From Cyanidioschyzon merolae (lineage: Eukaryota), in the NCBI GenBank assembly GCA_000091205.1, contig AP006493.2: DNA of 64,000 bases, one strand, 5' to 3'. A program made the translations under genes and the position numbers. The notes under the pieces were generated by a model. It had not been told where the DNA came from. It did not search any database and worked only from the letters and a program-made list of their open reading frames with translations. Positions 44,233 to 54,974 of the stretch are shown here, piece after piece; position 1 is the stretch's first letter, and each line of letters begins with the position of its first letter.

Positions 44233-45549
44233 GGAATCGCCTTTAGGGCTACACTCAACAGATTGGTCGCTTGTCTCTTCTTCATGAACAGCATTTCGCT
44301 ATTATATGCGTGGCAACAGGCAGGCCAACGATTGCTCCCGAATGAGATCTAATCGAGTCAGACGAGCCCCTGTCGCTCCTGTACTGAGCATTCGCGTTTC
44401 AATATAGAATCGTTAGTGTATTCTTCAATGCACGACGGTCCCTGATGGAAGCAGGTATTTTCGTTTTACAGGCATTCTGTAAATCTCTGTTCTAATTATA
44501 AAAGAAGCACCTCGCTGCGGGAATGGATGAATGCGACCAAGCTGCATGGACGCTCCATGTCGACTGATGGTTCGCTGAAGACAGATAGGGAGCCTCTTCG
44601 TGCCCTCTACAGCACAGACTGCAACTTACAGCCATGTGCTGTATTTTCGGTGTACCAGACTACGAGGCACAGCGCCCTGGATCCCTGGTCGATGCGTCCG
44701 AGCAGCGCCTGCTCAACAGCTCCGTACCCGTGCGAAACCTGGCTTGCTAGCACGTCCTGTGCTGCCCAAACTAGACGCTAGCCGAGCGGTGCTGAACACT
44801 TCAAGGAGCACTCGTTGCCTCGCAGGAAGCATGCGCTCGGACAGCAACGGTGATGGAATACGAGCTACTCGGACTCGTTCGCGGGCTTGGATCTAGAGCC
44901 CTGCACGTCGAAGAGTAGCAACCCATGCGGCCTTCTCATGTGGAAACCAAACTCCTGGAGCGGTGATTTCGTTTCCGTCTATAGAGACGGAACTTGGAAG
45001 AGGTCTGTGTTTCCCGGCGCAGTGATTATGGCATGGTGGAACCAAGAGAAGCGACAACTACTCCACTTCCCGATTAAAATCAAACACTGGATTGCGCGCT
45101 ATGCTCATGCCTTTGTGCTTTTTTTCGAACCGTTTCTAGATGCGAACTCTCTGTGCAGTCGAAGGAGAGTAACATGGTCTGGCTGTCTCATACATAGTTG
45201 CAGCATTCCCGGTTGTATTTTCGGAGTGGCACCTTCGGAGCTGTGCCCTTGAAATTCGATACGTCACCGGATTCAAGATCATTCGCGAGGCTGTCGAAAC
45301 AGGGATCGTCAAACAAGCGACTTGATCATTCAGTTCATACGGATAACGCTCCGTTCTTTTCCTTGCCTTACTTGAGGCACGCTCCAATCACCCACTCTTC
45401 AACTTCACTAACTTTCTGTTTTAAACCGATTCGTGGGCATAGCAAGTGGCGCCGTTGGGCACTCAACGAAGACTACTTGACGTCATTTATTGAGGACCTA
45501 TTCTCACGCCCGTGCCGAACGTGTATTGAATTTCTAATTTCAGATCATC

Positions 45550-46150
45550 AATTTCGTTCTAAAGGAAAATTCGTCTCTCTTTATGGTCATGGATAATGCG
45601 GCATTCGACGGCAGCCTGATTCCTCTCCTGGGGGCATGCGCTCACAGACTCCCGTCGCTTCTGTTTGCATGAAAATGGGCCTTGGACTCGGAATCGAGTA
45701 GTCGCAGCGATCGCATCGAGCGGAGATAGTGTCAGCAATTGCACGAAGAGCGCGTAGACGGGTCTGCATTGCCTCGACTTATTCCCCAGCCTGGAGTTTC
45801 CATCTGGTAGTGATTCATTATGGACGAAATCTCGTTCCACACACACGCTATCGAATGGAACAGCGTGCGCTTGCGTGTGCAGCGGACAGAGCGCTTGCCA
45901 CGGCGATCGACTAGAAAAAGTCCGTGATCGTAGTGTACGCGGCCAGGCGCAGAAACGGAAGAGGCATCCACCGGAGCCTTCTGTACTCGTCAAGAGCGTC
46001 TACAAAGCAATGAAGCAATCCTTCATGCACCTCAAGACGGCCCTCGATTGATGAGTTGTGTTGAATGCATACGGGAACACCTGGCCTATGCCAAATGTCA
46101 TCCCTGGGAAGGACGTTCTGAGGCCGTCCATAAACAAGGTGAAAATGTTA
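45550..46150 (-). repeat. internally deleted, diverged (~70-75% identity) copy of the inverted-repeat arm element
   Basis: Reverse complement of 45855-46080 matches arm A 16200-16440 (for example 'ccgctgcac.cgcaagcgcacgct.ttccattcg', 'ttcccgtatg..ttca'; peptide 'CPLHTQAHAVPF' versus 'CPLHSQAHAIPF'). 45610-45690 matches arm A 18640-18720 ('IAATTRFRVQGPFSCKQKRRE' versus 'IAAMTAVRVQHPFPCEQKRRE'). The two blocks are ~200 bp apart here versus 2.3 kb in the arms. Confidence 0.6.
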
Positions 46151-46579
46151 AGTGAATCGTAGATCGCAACTTTCGCCTGCGTATGAAGTGCTTCGACTGC
46201 AGCCGGAAGCTGTGTAAACAGGTCTTGTACGCTGCCACCGACATCCTTCTGCTACTGACAATGGAGCTGGACGGAGACACTGGTGTACTCAAGGCCGAAG
46301 ATGAGGGAAAGGGAGAGCAAAAAAGTCGCAGCCAGAGCCTCCAAACGCTGTTTTTGATGGCAATGGAAACAGACCCAAACTTTAGCTTGTATGCCCGTGT
46401 TCTGTGACCTGCCCTATATTTTTCTGACATGCGGTTTAGATGCAAAGGGCCAATGTTCGGTGTGTACGAATCGCTGTACTGCAAATGTGACTGAAAGAAA
46501 AACCAAGCGCGCTTCGAATGCGTTCTAACACGTGCTCATAGTCTCTGGTATGTATCCCCTCAACCGTGGACACTGTTCA

Positions 46580-47962
46580 CTACTTGAGCATGGAAGAAAA
46601 ACCAAGCGCGCTTAGAATGCGTTCTCGCACATGTTCGCGAACTCTCTGGAGCGCATTCCTCATCACGCTGAGGATCACAACGAGAAATTTCGAAACGATC
46701 ACGCTGATAACGAGAGCGTAAAAGCCAACTAGCACGGAACGAGCTGGATTCACAGCGGTGCGACAACGCTCTGGGATGTGAAAATATCGGTGTAGGAACA
46801 CGTCTGCAACGGTATCAAACGCGAATTCGGTCACCAGACCACATATGAAAGATAGCAAAAAGCACACGGCAACTGACGCGGTGATCACCAGCGCGCGTAG
46901 TGCAATGTGCACCGCCCAAGACAAAGCGTGAAACTGAGCCTGCTCATCAACAGGATCTGTGAACCCGATTCGGTGTCGCGTGGCGTGCACGTCAACGACC
47001 GTGTCTATCAGTCCGAGTCGGGTCGCAGAGCGTTCATCACGCGTGCGCGCTGCCTGATCTGCATGATTCCGAACGATATTGCTTGAAAGCAGCGTCCTTT
47101 CGGTTCGTTGCACGACCCGTCGCATGAGCTGCTCATGCATTCGCATCGCAGCATTCGCTACCGCGACCAAGACGTGCCGAGGCTCGGCGTCAGCAAAGTC
47201 CGGATATGCGCAATCCAAAAGCAACCATTTTTCTCCTTCAACTCGGTCTATAACCGTGGACATACGTGGATCGTGCGGTGTCTGGGACCCTTCCTCCACT
47301 GCAGTGTTCGCCCATGGATCGGTCCATCGAAAATCAAAGCAAGCATTATCCTGGGTTTCCATACCCAACCATATCCATATAACCGCCTCCATACACTCGG
47401 TAGAATACATGTTTCCGCAGAGTTCGCATCGGAGCCTCTGCGCGCACCAATAGCTCCGGACGAAACTCGGACAACTGCTCACCAGTAACACACGTGGACT
47501 ACACAAAACAACCAACCATTCCGCTATAAACGCATAAAGCATCAGGTTCAATCGGTGCATGTGATTCCGACTCTCCTGAGTGGTGTGCGAAACCGAGCTC
47601 CACAGAGTCCGCGGAATGCCCGCACTGAAACCGCTGCAGCTGCCCTGGTCCTGCTCTGCTGTCCACAACGTGCAGTGCTTCTGGACTCGGCCACTATCGT
47701 CAGCATGCTCTTCCCACAGTGGCATTCTTCTCGTTGCGTCACAGTCACGATTCCGAGTCGCACTCTCCAGAACCCGCTGGGCTGCGGCGAGAACCCAGGG
47801 ATTCGGCCAAACACCCGTCGCGTAGCCCTGCTTGCGCAACCATAAAGCGAGACACTCGGCGTGGACGTGTGCAAGCGTCCCTCGACAACCACAGGCGCGG
47901 AATAGACGCTGCGTGCCTTCGTGAACCCCGCAAAGACACAGCCGGCAACTTGCTGCGTACAT
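46580..47962 (-). CDS. RING-CH (MARCH-type) zinc-finger membrane protein, putative E3 ubiquitin ligase
   Basis: N-terminal C4HC3 pattern 'CRLCLCGVHEGTQRLFRACGCRGTLAHVHAECLALWL'. C-terminal TM helices ('LVITASVAVCFLLSFICGLV', 'LVGFYALVISVIVSKFLVVIL'). Confidence 0.55.
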   Translation of the reverse strand: MYAASCRLCLCGVHEGTQRLFRACGCRGTLAHVHAECLALWLRKQGYATGVWPNPWVLAAAQRVLESATRNRDCDATRRMPLWEEHADDSGRVQKHCTLWTAEQDQGSCSGFSAGIPRTLWSSVSHTTQESRNHMHRLNLMLYAFIAEWLVVLCSPRVLLVSSCPSFVRSYWCAQRLRCELCGNMYSTECMEAVIWIWLGMETQDNACFDFRWTDPWANTAVEEGSQTPHDPRMSTVIDRVEGEKWLLLDCAYPDFADAEPRHVLVAVANAAMRMHEQLMRRVVQRTERTLLSSNIVRNHADQAARTRDERSATRLGLIDTVVDVHATRHRIGFTDPVDEQAQFHALSWAVHIALRALVITASVAVCFLLSFICGLVTEFAFDTVADVFLHRYFHIPERCRTAVNPARSVLVGFYALVISVIVSKFLVVILSVMRNALQRVREHVRERILSALGFSSMLK

Positions 47963-49746
47963 GGAGCGTCCGGTCGGCGACTGCCCTGCTGCAGCGGCTG
48001 CGCCCTGTGCGTTTCGAACCCCACCAGAGTCAGCACAAGAGCCTCCGCCGCTACTCTACTATCAACAGACACTTTTAGTCCTGCACCGGCACCCTACAAA
48101 AACTGCCTCAACTTGCAAAGTTACAATGATATGGAAAATGGTGAACATGATGATGCATGCGACGTGCACGAGATGCGTGCAGCACGCACGCACGCTGCAA
48201 CGTCGTAAACAGATCATCGCGATGACGGGCTCGATCTCTGTGCGCGACGTCGCATCGACGGTGTGCGTGCAGATGTCCACGTGGCAGCGGTGTGGTGCAG
48301 GGCACGGCATCCGCTGGATCGTACGCATCAGCGACGATCCACGAAGGGAAGTCCGGCAGGCGCACAGACCGCTAGCACTGCACTCTTGGGAGGTGGGAAT
48401 GGTGTGTTGTGGTTGACGCTTACCTCGGTGACGAGAGCGATTACGTACTGGGGAGCCCCGGCTAGACTCGACGATCCTTCACACAAAAGAAGAGGTTTTG
48501 GGTATAGGCTCGAACGGTGCGTTGAAGCGCACGAGCCGGAACGTGTCTATGCCAGTAGGAAGCAGTGAAAAGCGTTTAGCTGTGCGGCGGACGCCTCCAC
48601 TCTCCTGAAACTCGTTATAGTCCAGTAGATCCGTTCAGGAATAGCGGATCGATCGGTTTGACGCCCCGACCAGTGGCGTGCCCATTGTCATCGCTGTACC
48701 GAGGCAAGGCAGCTTGGAGAAGTCTTCAGAGATGTCTGCACGAGATGCGGGTAAGCTGGGACGGACCCGAGACGCGTCGCACATATGGACACTGACAAGC
48801 TGCGTAGGCAGGCTTGTCGGCATGACACAACGGATGCACGTGCGTGCGGCGACACTGCTGAATGGAGGGGTATCGCACCCGCCGCACGGGCGCGCCGCTG
48901 CAGTGCGAACCTCTTGCGAGAACTGAAGCGCGGAGGTTTCCAGATGTCCGCGAGTCTCAGGCAGCAGAGCGGGTTGCGTTGTATTGACCGCAACACGCAG
49001 TTGCTTCAAAAATCGCACTGTGGTTCTCAATTACTCCAGAACGTTCTCGTAACATCTGCGTATATGGAAAGACCTGTGAGCGCGTCTTGAAATCTTGCTG
49101 ATTCGCGACGAAGCGTTTGAGATCTCATTCATCACTCTTGGATGCCGTACAGGCTAGATCGCTGTACCAAGAAGTGACCTCAGCGCTGGTAGTGTTTCGC
49201 GGCCCGTGCTGAGATAACGAGAAGCTCGGGGCTGATCTCTAGCGAGCGAAGCTGCCTCTGCTGCGTCATTTCCGAAGCAACCCAGCTCATCCTCGTAAAC
49301 AACATGCATCAACTGTGGTTTCAGAACACACGAGTGCCGTTACTAAAGGCAAAGGTATGCACTTTGGCCACGGTCGACAAGCATCTCTCTCACTCTCTTA
49401 ACCTCGAATGGCAGTCCGAGGATGCCTTATCCGATGTTTGCCCGCGTGCCTAGTCCAGTGAATACGCAAGCAGGCTACCAACGACATCATTGTGTTTCAG
49501 CAGACGCTGCAGCACGCTTGACCCGGGAATGACGGCATGGCATCCGCTGAACTGTGCGAATGCAACCTTCGTCGGGCTAGCAACCCCCTTTGCCGCAGCA
49601 GGGCGTAACGTGCACTCCGAGGTAGCCTCAAGCGGACTCGGCGAGCCACCAGCGTCGAAGCTCAGAAAGAGGCCCGCACCTACGCATGGCATTGTTACCT
49701 TGAATAGTATCCGTCGCCGAGACTCCAGCAAAGTATCTCTCGCTAC

Positions 49747-50871
49747 TTATTCGCTCTTTGCGGTGCGTGGTGCCGCAGCGGAACCAGCCCCGAATCGGCT
49801 CAGTTGTGGATCCTCGAGCCCCAGCTCTCGAAATGCAGTATGCCTGATACGACAGGCGTCGCAGCGTCGGCACGGTTTCCCCGACTCATCTAACGGATCG
49901 TAACAGCTGTGCGTGATGGAGTAGTCCACACCGAGCGCCAGGCCTGTGCGAATGATCTCGGTCTTCGGCATCTGCAACAGTGGTGCATGGATTCGAAAGC
50001 GCCTTGCATCGGAAGGCGCCACACCAGCGCGGGTGCCCAGCTCGGCAACCCGCTCAAAAGCGTGAAAGAATTCCGGCCGACAGTCGGGGTACCCTGAGTA
50101 ATCCACAGCGTTTGCGCCGATGAAAATATCGTAAGAGCCCTGAACCTCGGCGAGGGCGAGCGCATACGCGAGAAATATCGTATTCCTCGCTGGCACATAG
50201 GTCAGCGGGATTGTTTCTGGGGTATGTTCCCAGACATCGTCGACGTTCGCTGCTTTGGGAACGGGTATATCGGGAGCTGTCAATGCTGATCCGCCAATAC
50301 TTCCGAGGTCAAGGCGGATCCAGTGCTGTCCAGTGACTTGCTGCGCTCGCGCTACGCGCCGTGCCGCTTCGAGTTCGCAGCGGTGCCGTTGCCCGTAATC
50401 GAAACTCAGGGCCTTGCAGATGAACCCTTGCGAGCGTGCAATCGCCAGCGTCGTTGCTGAGTCCAGACCACCGCTGAGCAGAACGATAGCGACGGCACCG
50501 TTTTGAACTCCAGCCTGTCCCTGAGCGAGACCTCTAGAAGCAGACCGTGGAGGTGTAAGGCTGCTCGCACCGCGAACAGACCCAAACCTCGAGTGCAGCG
50601 CCGAGCTGGCACGATCGGCGGTGAAGCGCGTGTTCAGGCCGGCCTGCAATGATAACACGTCGCCTGTGAAGCACACCGATGGGTGCTGATCACCGTTATT
50701 CCAAGTGCTTGTACAGCGTTTACCCAGCTGGTAAAGAGATACGTTCTGCAACTTGTGGCAGCGTTCGGCGTTTGCGGAACGGTATCGAGACGCCTCAGCC
50801 CATGGTCCCGTGCACTGCGTCGACCGCAACCACAGCCGACAAGCGGAGCGCAGTGCAACTGCACCGAACAT
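49747..50871 (-). CDS. queC: 7-cyano-7-deazaguanine (preQ0) synthase QueC with a ~120-aa N-terminal extension
   Basis: Core matches bacterial QueC throughout: PP-loop '[15 protein letters not shown]', '[15 protein letters not shown]', '[17 protein letters not shown]', and the C-terminal Zn site '[26 protein letters not shown]' (canonical 'TCYNG...CGHCAACNLR'). The N-terminal 120 aa are Ser/Arg-rich, consistent with an organelle presequence. Confidence 0.85.
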   Translation of the reverse strand: MFGAVALRSACRLWLRSTQCTGPWAEASRYRSANAERCHKLQNVSLYQLGKRCTSTWNNGDQHPSVCFTGDVLSLQAGLNTRFTADRASSALHSRFGSVRGASSLTPPRSASRGLAQGQAGVQNGAVAIVLLSGGLDSATTLAIARSQGFICKALSFDYGQRHRCELEAARRVARAQQVTGQHWIRLDLGSIGGSALTAPDIPVPKAANVDDVWEHTPETIPLTYVPARNTIFLAYALALAEVQGSYDIFIGANAVDYSGYPDCRPEFFHAFERVAELGTRAGVAPSDARRFRIHAPLLQMPKTEIIRTGLALGVDYSITHSCYDPLDESGKPCRRCDACRIRHTAFRELGLEDPQLSRFGAGSAAAPRTAKSE

Positions 50872-51134
50872 GTTCTCGATAGCTTCAGTGCACTACTACA
50901 AGCGTCACCAAAACCATTACCTTCAGAAGAAGCAACAACGTCACCAGAGGCTTCTGCCGTTTCTGCTGCACACCTTGCGTCCACGAACGCCTATAAAGCT
51001 ATTGCGGAGCGCGCGATCGTTAGATCAGGGCGCTGTGGAAGCGCACGAGCTCGAAGCCACTGCTTCGAAGCCGAGTTGTTGCTAGACCTCTCGGGTTTTG
51101 CTACCGCTGGACTCGGTTTGCGTCAACAGGCACA

Positions 51135-52238
51135 GTGAGGAAGCTGGTGCTAGATCACCTACCTCCTGGCGGTATGTGGACAGGATTGGTTGTTCCTGGT
51201 CAACAGTGGAAGAACACTGGAACAAGACGACGTTGCCGCAGGTGCTTAACTGGGTCGACACGAGCGGCTCTCGCGCAACCCTGGCAACGCCTCGTGCAGT
51301 GCCCGGTGCTGAAGCAACCCGCCAGGAACGCTCTGGCGGTGACTGCGACGCATCCGGCGCTTCGACGTGCGCTTGTCTCTGTGCTACTCGTGGGGCTATG
51401 TTTCACCAACGACAGCCGGGTGTACGCAGTTCCCGCTCACGAACCTGTGGAACAAACGGACTCGACCGAACGGAGCCAGGCTATCGAACGTGAGCTCGAA
51501 GCAAAGTTTACGCAAGCGCTACGCCTCACCGAACAAGCTTCCTGGGAAGAAGCGGACAAGGCATGGAGTGCAGTGTTGGCCTTGGACCCGGACAACGGAG
51601 CCGCGCTCTCGAACCGAGGTCTCGTTCGCTTGTCGTTGCATCGCCTGGACGCAGCGCTCGCAGACCTCCAGCAGGCCGTCGAACGCTCACCCGCTGAGCC
51701 GGTCCTTCACGAGAACCTCGGTCTCGTCTATGAAGCCCGTGGTGAATGGGAACCAGCGCTCGAAGAGTATACAAAAGTTTTACAGAGCGTTCCAGCAAGC
51801 GCGACGGCCTTGATAAACAGGGGAAACGTGCAGGTCTCGCGCGGAGCGTACGCTGAAGCGCTTGCAGACTACCAGGCGGCTGCAGACGCGGAAACTGGTC
51901 TGGCTGCTCCACGCGAAAAAATGGCCCTGGTTATGGCACAGCTGGGACGTTCTGACGACAGTATTCAGATCCTGCGTCAGGTGGTACGCAAGTATCCAAC
52001 ATATGCCGAAGCGCATGCAGCGCTTGCAGCGGTGCTCTGGGGCGCAAAACATGACTTTCTCAGTGCCGAGGATCAATGGGCCCGTATTTCGAACAACGAA
52101 TTACGGGAGGAGATGTCGGAACTCGAAAACCTGCGCATCTACTCCCGATGGCCACCGCGTATGATTGAATACCTGCGCGAATTCTTGAACTTGGAGACCG
52201 CAAATCAGGAGATCGAGTCTGCCGGTTTTGTGCTCTAG
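51135..52238 (+). CDS. TPR-repeat protein with a twin-arginine (Tat) thylakoid-lumen-type signal
   Basis: 'LRRALVSVLLVGLCFTNDSRVYA|VPA' (RR plus hydrophobic core plus AxA-like cleavage site). At least four TPR units follow ('AWSAVLALDPDNGAALSNRGLVRLSLHRLDAALADLQQAVE', 'YAEALADYQAAAD' and others). Confidence 0.55.
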   Translation: MRKLVLDHLPPGGMWTGLVVPGQQWKNTGTRRRCRRCLTGSTRAALAQPWQRLVQCPVLKQPARNALAVTATHPALRRALVSVLLVGLCFTNDSRVYAVPAHEPVEQTDSTERSQAIERELEAKFTQALRLTEQASWEEADKAWSAVLALDPDNGAALSNRGLVRLSLHRLDAALADLQQAVERSPAEPVLHENLGLVYEARGEWEPALEEYTKVLQSVPASATALINRGNVQVSRGAYAEALADYQAAADAETGLAAPREKMALVMAQLGRSDDSIQILRQVVRKYPTYAEAHAALAAVLWGAKHDFLSAEDQWARISNNELREEMSELENLRIYSRWPPRMIEYLREFLNLETANQEIESAGFVL

Positions 52239-52277
52239 GTATCGCGAATGCACGAGTGCGTTCTAGACAGAACGCCG

Positions 52278-54974
52278 TCAGAGACATCCCGCAGACTGTC
52301 GGCCAAGTGACGAACACCGCTTATCAAATATGGTCTGTGATGGTGCGTAGTTCGAATGTTGCCGCACAGCAAGTCGCTGGCGAAGGGATTCCGGCGTGCG
52401 CCGCTCTGCAGCTTCTGGCGAGGTGATGCTTCCGCGAGAGCTCGACGCAGCGGAAGACGGGCCCAGGTCCAATGCTGAAGACACGTTGACAGCGAGTTGC
52501 GTAACACGTTGTTCAGTGATTGCAGCGGCAGCAGCACTGTCGTTTCCATCTGCGGACTTGTTCTGCGTTTCAGGAGATATGCTGCTCGTGTGCGTCGTCG
52601 CCGTTACCGCCAATGCTGCGCACATTCCCTGCCGAGCTGCGCCTGCGTAAACGTCAGAGAGCCACGGGTGCTGCAGACACTGGGCCGCAGTTGCGCGCTG
52701 CATTGGCTCGAGCCTTAGCATCGGCTCCAGGAACATTGCAATTTCCTCCGCCTCGTGTCGCGAAAACTTGTACTTTTCTCGAAGCAAGTCCGAGAGGCTC
52801 CAAAAGTGTAAGCTCTTAATTTTCCGCAGCGCCCCGTCTTTTGTGAAATACTCACCAGAATACTTGCCTCGATCCAGCAGCGACCTGGGAAACGGACCCA
52901 GCAGCTCCATCATGAGTGCCAAATGGTCGTCGTCTCGGGAAAAGCTTCGGCCAGAGTGCGGATCGAAAAGAAAATCTCCCGTCAAAAGCTCGAAGAGCAC
53001 ACAAGCGCATGACCAGATATCCGCTGATGCATCGAAGCCTGCACCCAGAATGACCTCTGGAGAACGGTATTGGCGGGTCTGGATATCCTCCGTGAAATGC
53101 TTGTCAGTCCAGCACGCGTTCCCGAAATCGACCAGTTTAACCCGGCTGTTGGTCTCCCAGCCGTGCCATGCCAGCGGGCGTGTCGGCTCTACGTTGAACG
53201 TACACCCGCTGAGCGCCGCGACGCCGTTCTCGGTGCGAGCTCCCCCTGGGTGCTTCACGGTCGCCAACTGTTGTGCTGCACTTGGTTTCATTCGATCCGC
53301 CGCTGCCGTTGTTGTCATCGTGGAAAGTGCCCCATATCCCGAATCAACGCTGCAAGCTGTTGCCGCATCGTCCGCCTGCTGCATCCGCATGGGATCTTTC
53401 TCTTTCAGGTAGGCCAAGCGCGACACGACGCCCCCGTGCGCATCCTTGGTGAACTTCATAGACGCGTTTGAAGATGAAGCCTGTGACTGTTCAGATATCG
53501 ATGAGAGACTTGCCGATGTGAGCGTAGGCCCTTCACCCGAGAATTGGGTTCTGGCGTGGATCAGCTCAGTCGATTGACTTTGCAAGTCCCGCTGAGACGC
53601 GACTTCAGCGTCCACAGTGTTCAGCGCTGCACGGAGAGCATTATAGGTCTTGCGTATACGAGCAGGATCCGAGTCCTCGTTGCACGTGATCAGTTCCTCC
53701 GTAAGACCGGACTGCACTTGATCAGATATCTGAGTCTGAAGCCGGTCCGCGACTGCAGCACACGCTCGAAACGGAGGCATGCCCTCGCTTTTCGGTTTGC
53801 AAGCTCGCTCCGGTTCAGCAAACGTTGGTGCGCACAGTGCATCGGGCTCGGACTGTGGGCGCTTCGCGTTTGGTGTATCCAGCACGAGCTTTGGCTTGGA
53901 ATTGGATGCCACATCCGAGAGATCCACTTGCGCGTTCGAGGATCGCTGGCCCTCAAACGAATGCAGTATAGGTCCATATCGTTGTTCGAACATAGACAAA
54001 GCCTCCGAAATTGCTTGTCCGGCTAGCTCTACCGTTGCTTCACGTGGAGGCACAAATAAGCAGTTCTCTGGTTTGACGTCGGTGTGGATAATCCCGCAAT
54101 CACGATGGCAAAAATCGAGCGCTTCAAGTAAATGCACGATAACGCGTTTGGCGATGGGGAGCGGCACCCCACGATAGCCGTGATACCGAATAAGCGAGAG
54201 AAGACTGCGTCCCAGAACCTCGAACACCAAACATATATGTCGCCCATTCGGCCCGATCAACTCAAAGTGATCCAGGAAAGTGACAACAGGTGTTCCGCGC
54301 AAGGGCGCCTTCTCTCTAATGGTTGCCAACAGAGCGATCTCATCCCGTGCCGCGTCGGTGTAGTGTCGGGCTGATTTTTGGATCTTGAGCGCAACCAGCC
54401 CAGATCGCTCCTCATCCCAGCATAGCCAGACGGTGGAGAAATGGCCCCAGCCAAGTTTGCGAAGCACAATATACCGTCCGTTTTTCAGTGCGTCTCCGAT
54501 CTGGATCGGATGGTAGCCTCCGCTGCGGTAGTCTGCAGCATCTTCAGTGTCCGAATACTCCATGGCGTCCTCGGTGAGATACCAATTCCCCGTATCGCTT
54601 CGTGACGTCTCACTCCGCCCATGCGTTTGCACCGCCTCGCGTTGTGTCCTGTTTTGAGACGCCACGCTCTCATGATCCGCATCTGGTGCTTGTTCACTAA
54701 AGCTCAAAGCGGTCGTCTCCTTGTTGCGCTGCTGGTATTCCCAGTCGCGGGGAAGGTAGCCACCACCGGTACCCGGAGGCTCAGGACTCGCTCCTCTCCC
54801 CGCTGATGGACCTTCTACAGAATACGAAGACTCATAGCTTGGAGAGAGCGACTCGCTCGGTGTTTTGGCTACTGGGTAAGCAGGTACTTGCTCCATGACA
54901 GGCTCGACGTGTCGTAGTGGTGAGCGCGCCGGTCCGCCCGCCAGAGCAACGAACATGAAATCGAACACGATCAC
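52278..54974 (-). CDS. SRPK: SR-protein-specific kinase (SRPK family Ser/Thr kinase) with a long spacer insert and a C-terminal extension
   Basis: '[39 protein letters not shown]' matches human SRPK1 '[38 protein letters not shown]'. '[17 protein letters not shown]' matches SRPK1 'HTKCRIIHTDIKPENIL'. '[32 protein letters not shown]' matches the SRPK activation segment. A ~330-aa spacer splits the kinase domain as in all SRPKs. Confidence 0.85.
   Translation of the reverse strand: [898 protein letters not shown]

Noticed and set aside
52278-52700. ~130-aa C-terminal tail of the SRPK ORF beyond the conserved 'HPWL' end of the kinase domain
   Set aside because: This could be read-through of a weak stop context or a genuine extension. 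It is kept inside the CDS because the frame is open and Ser/Ala-rich like the spacer, but it is not called as a separate feature.
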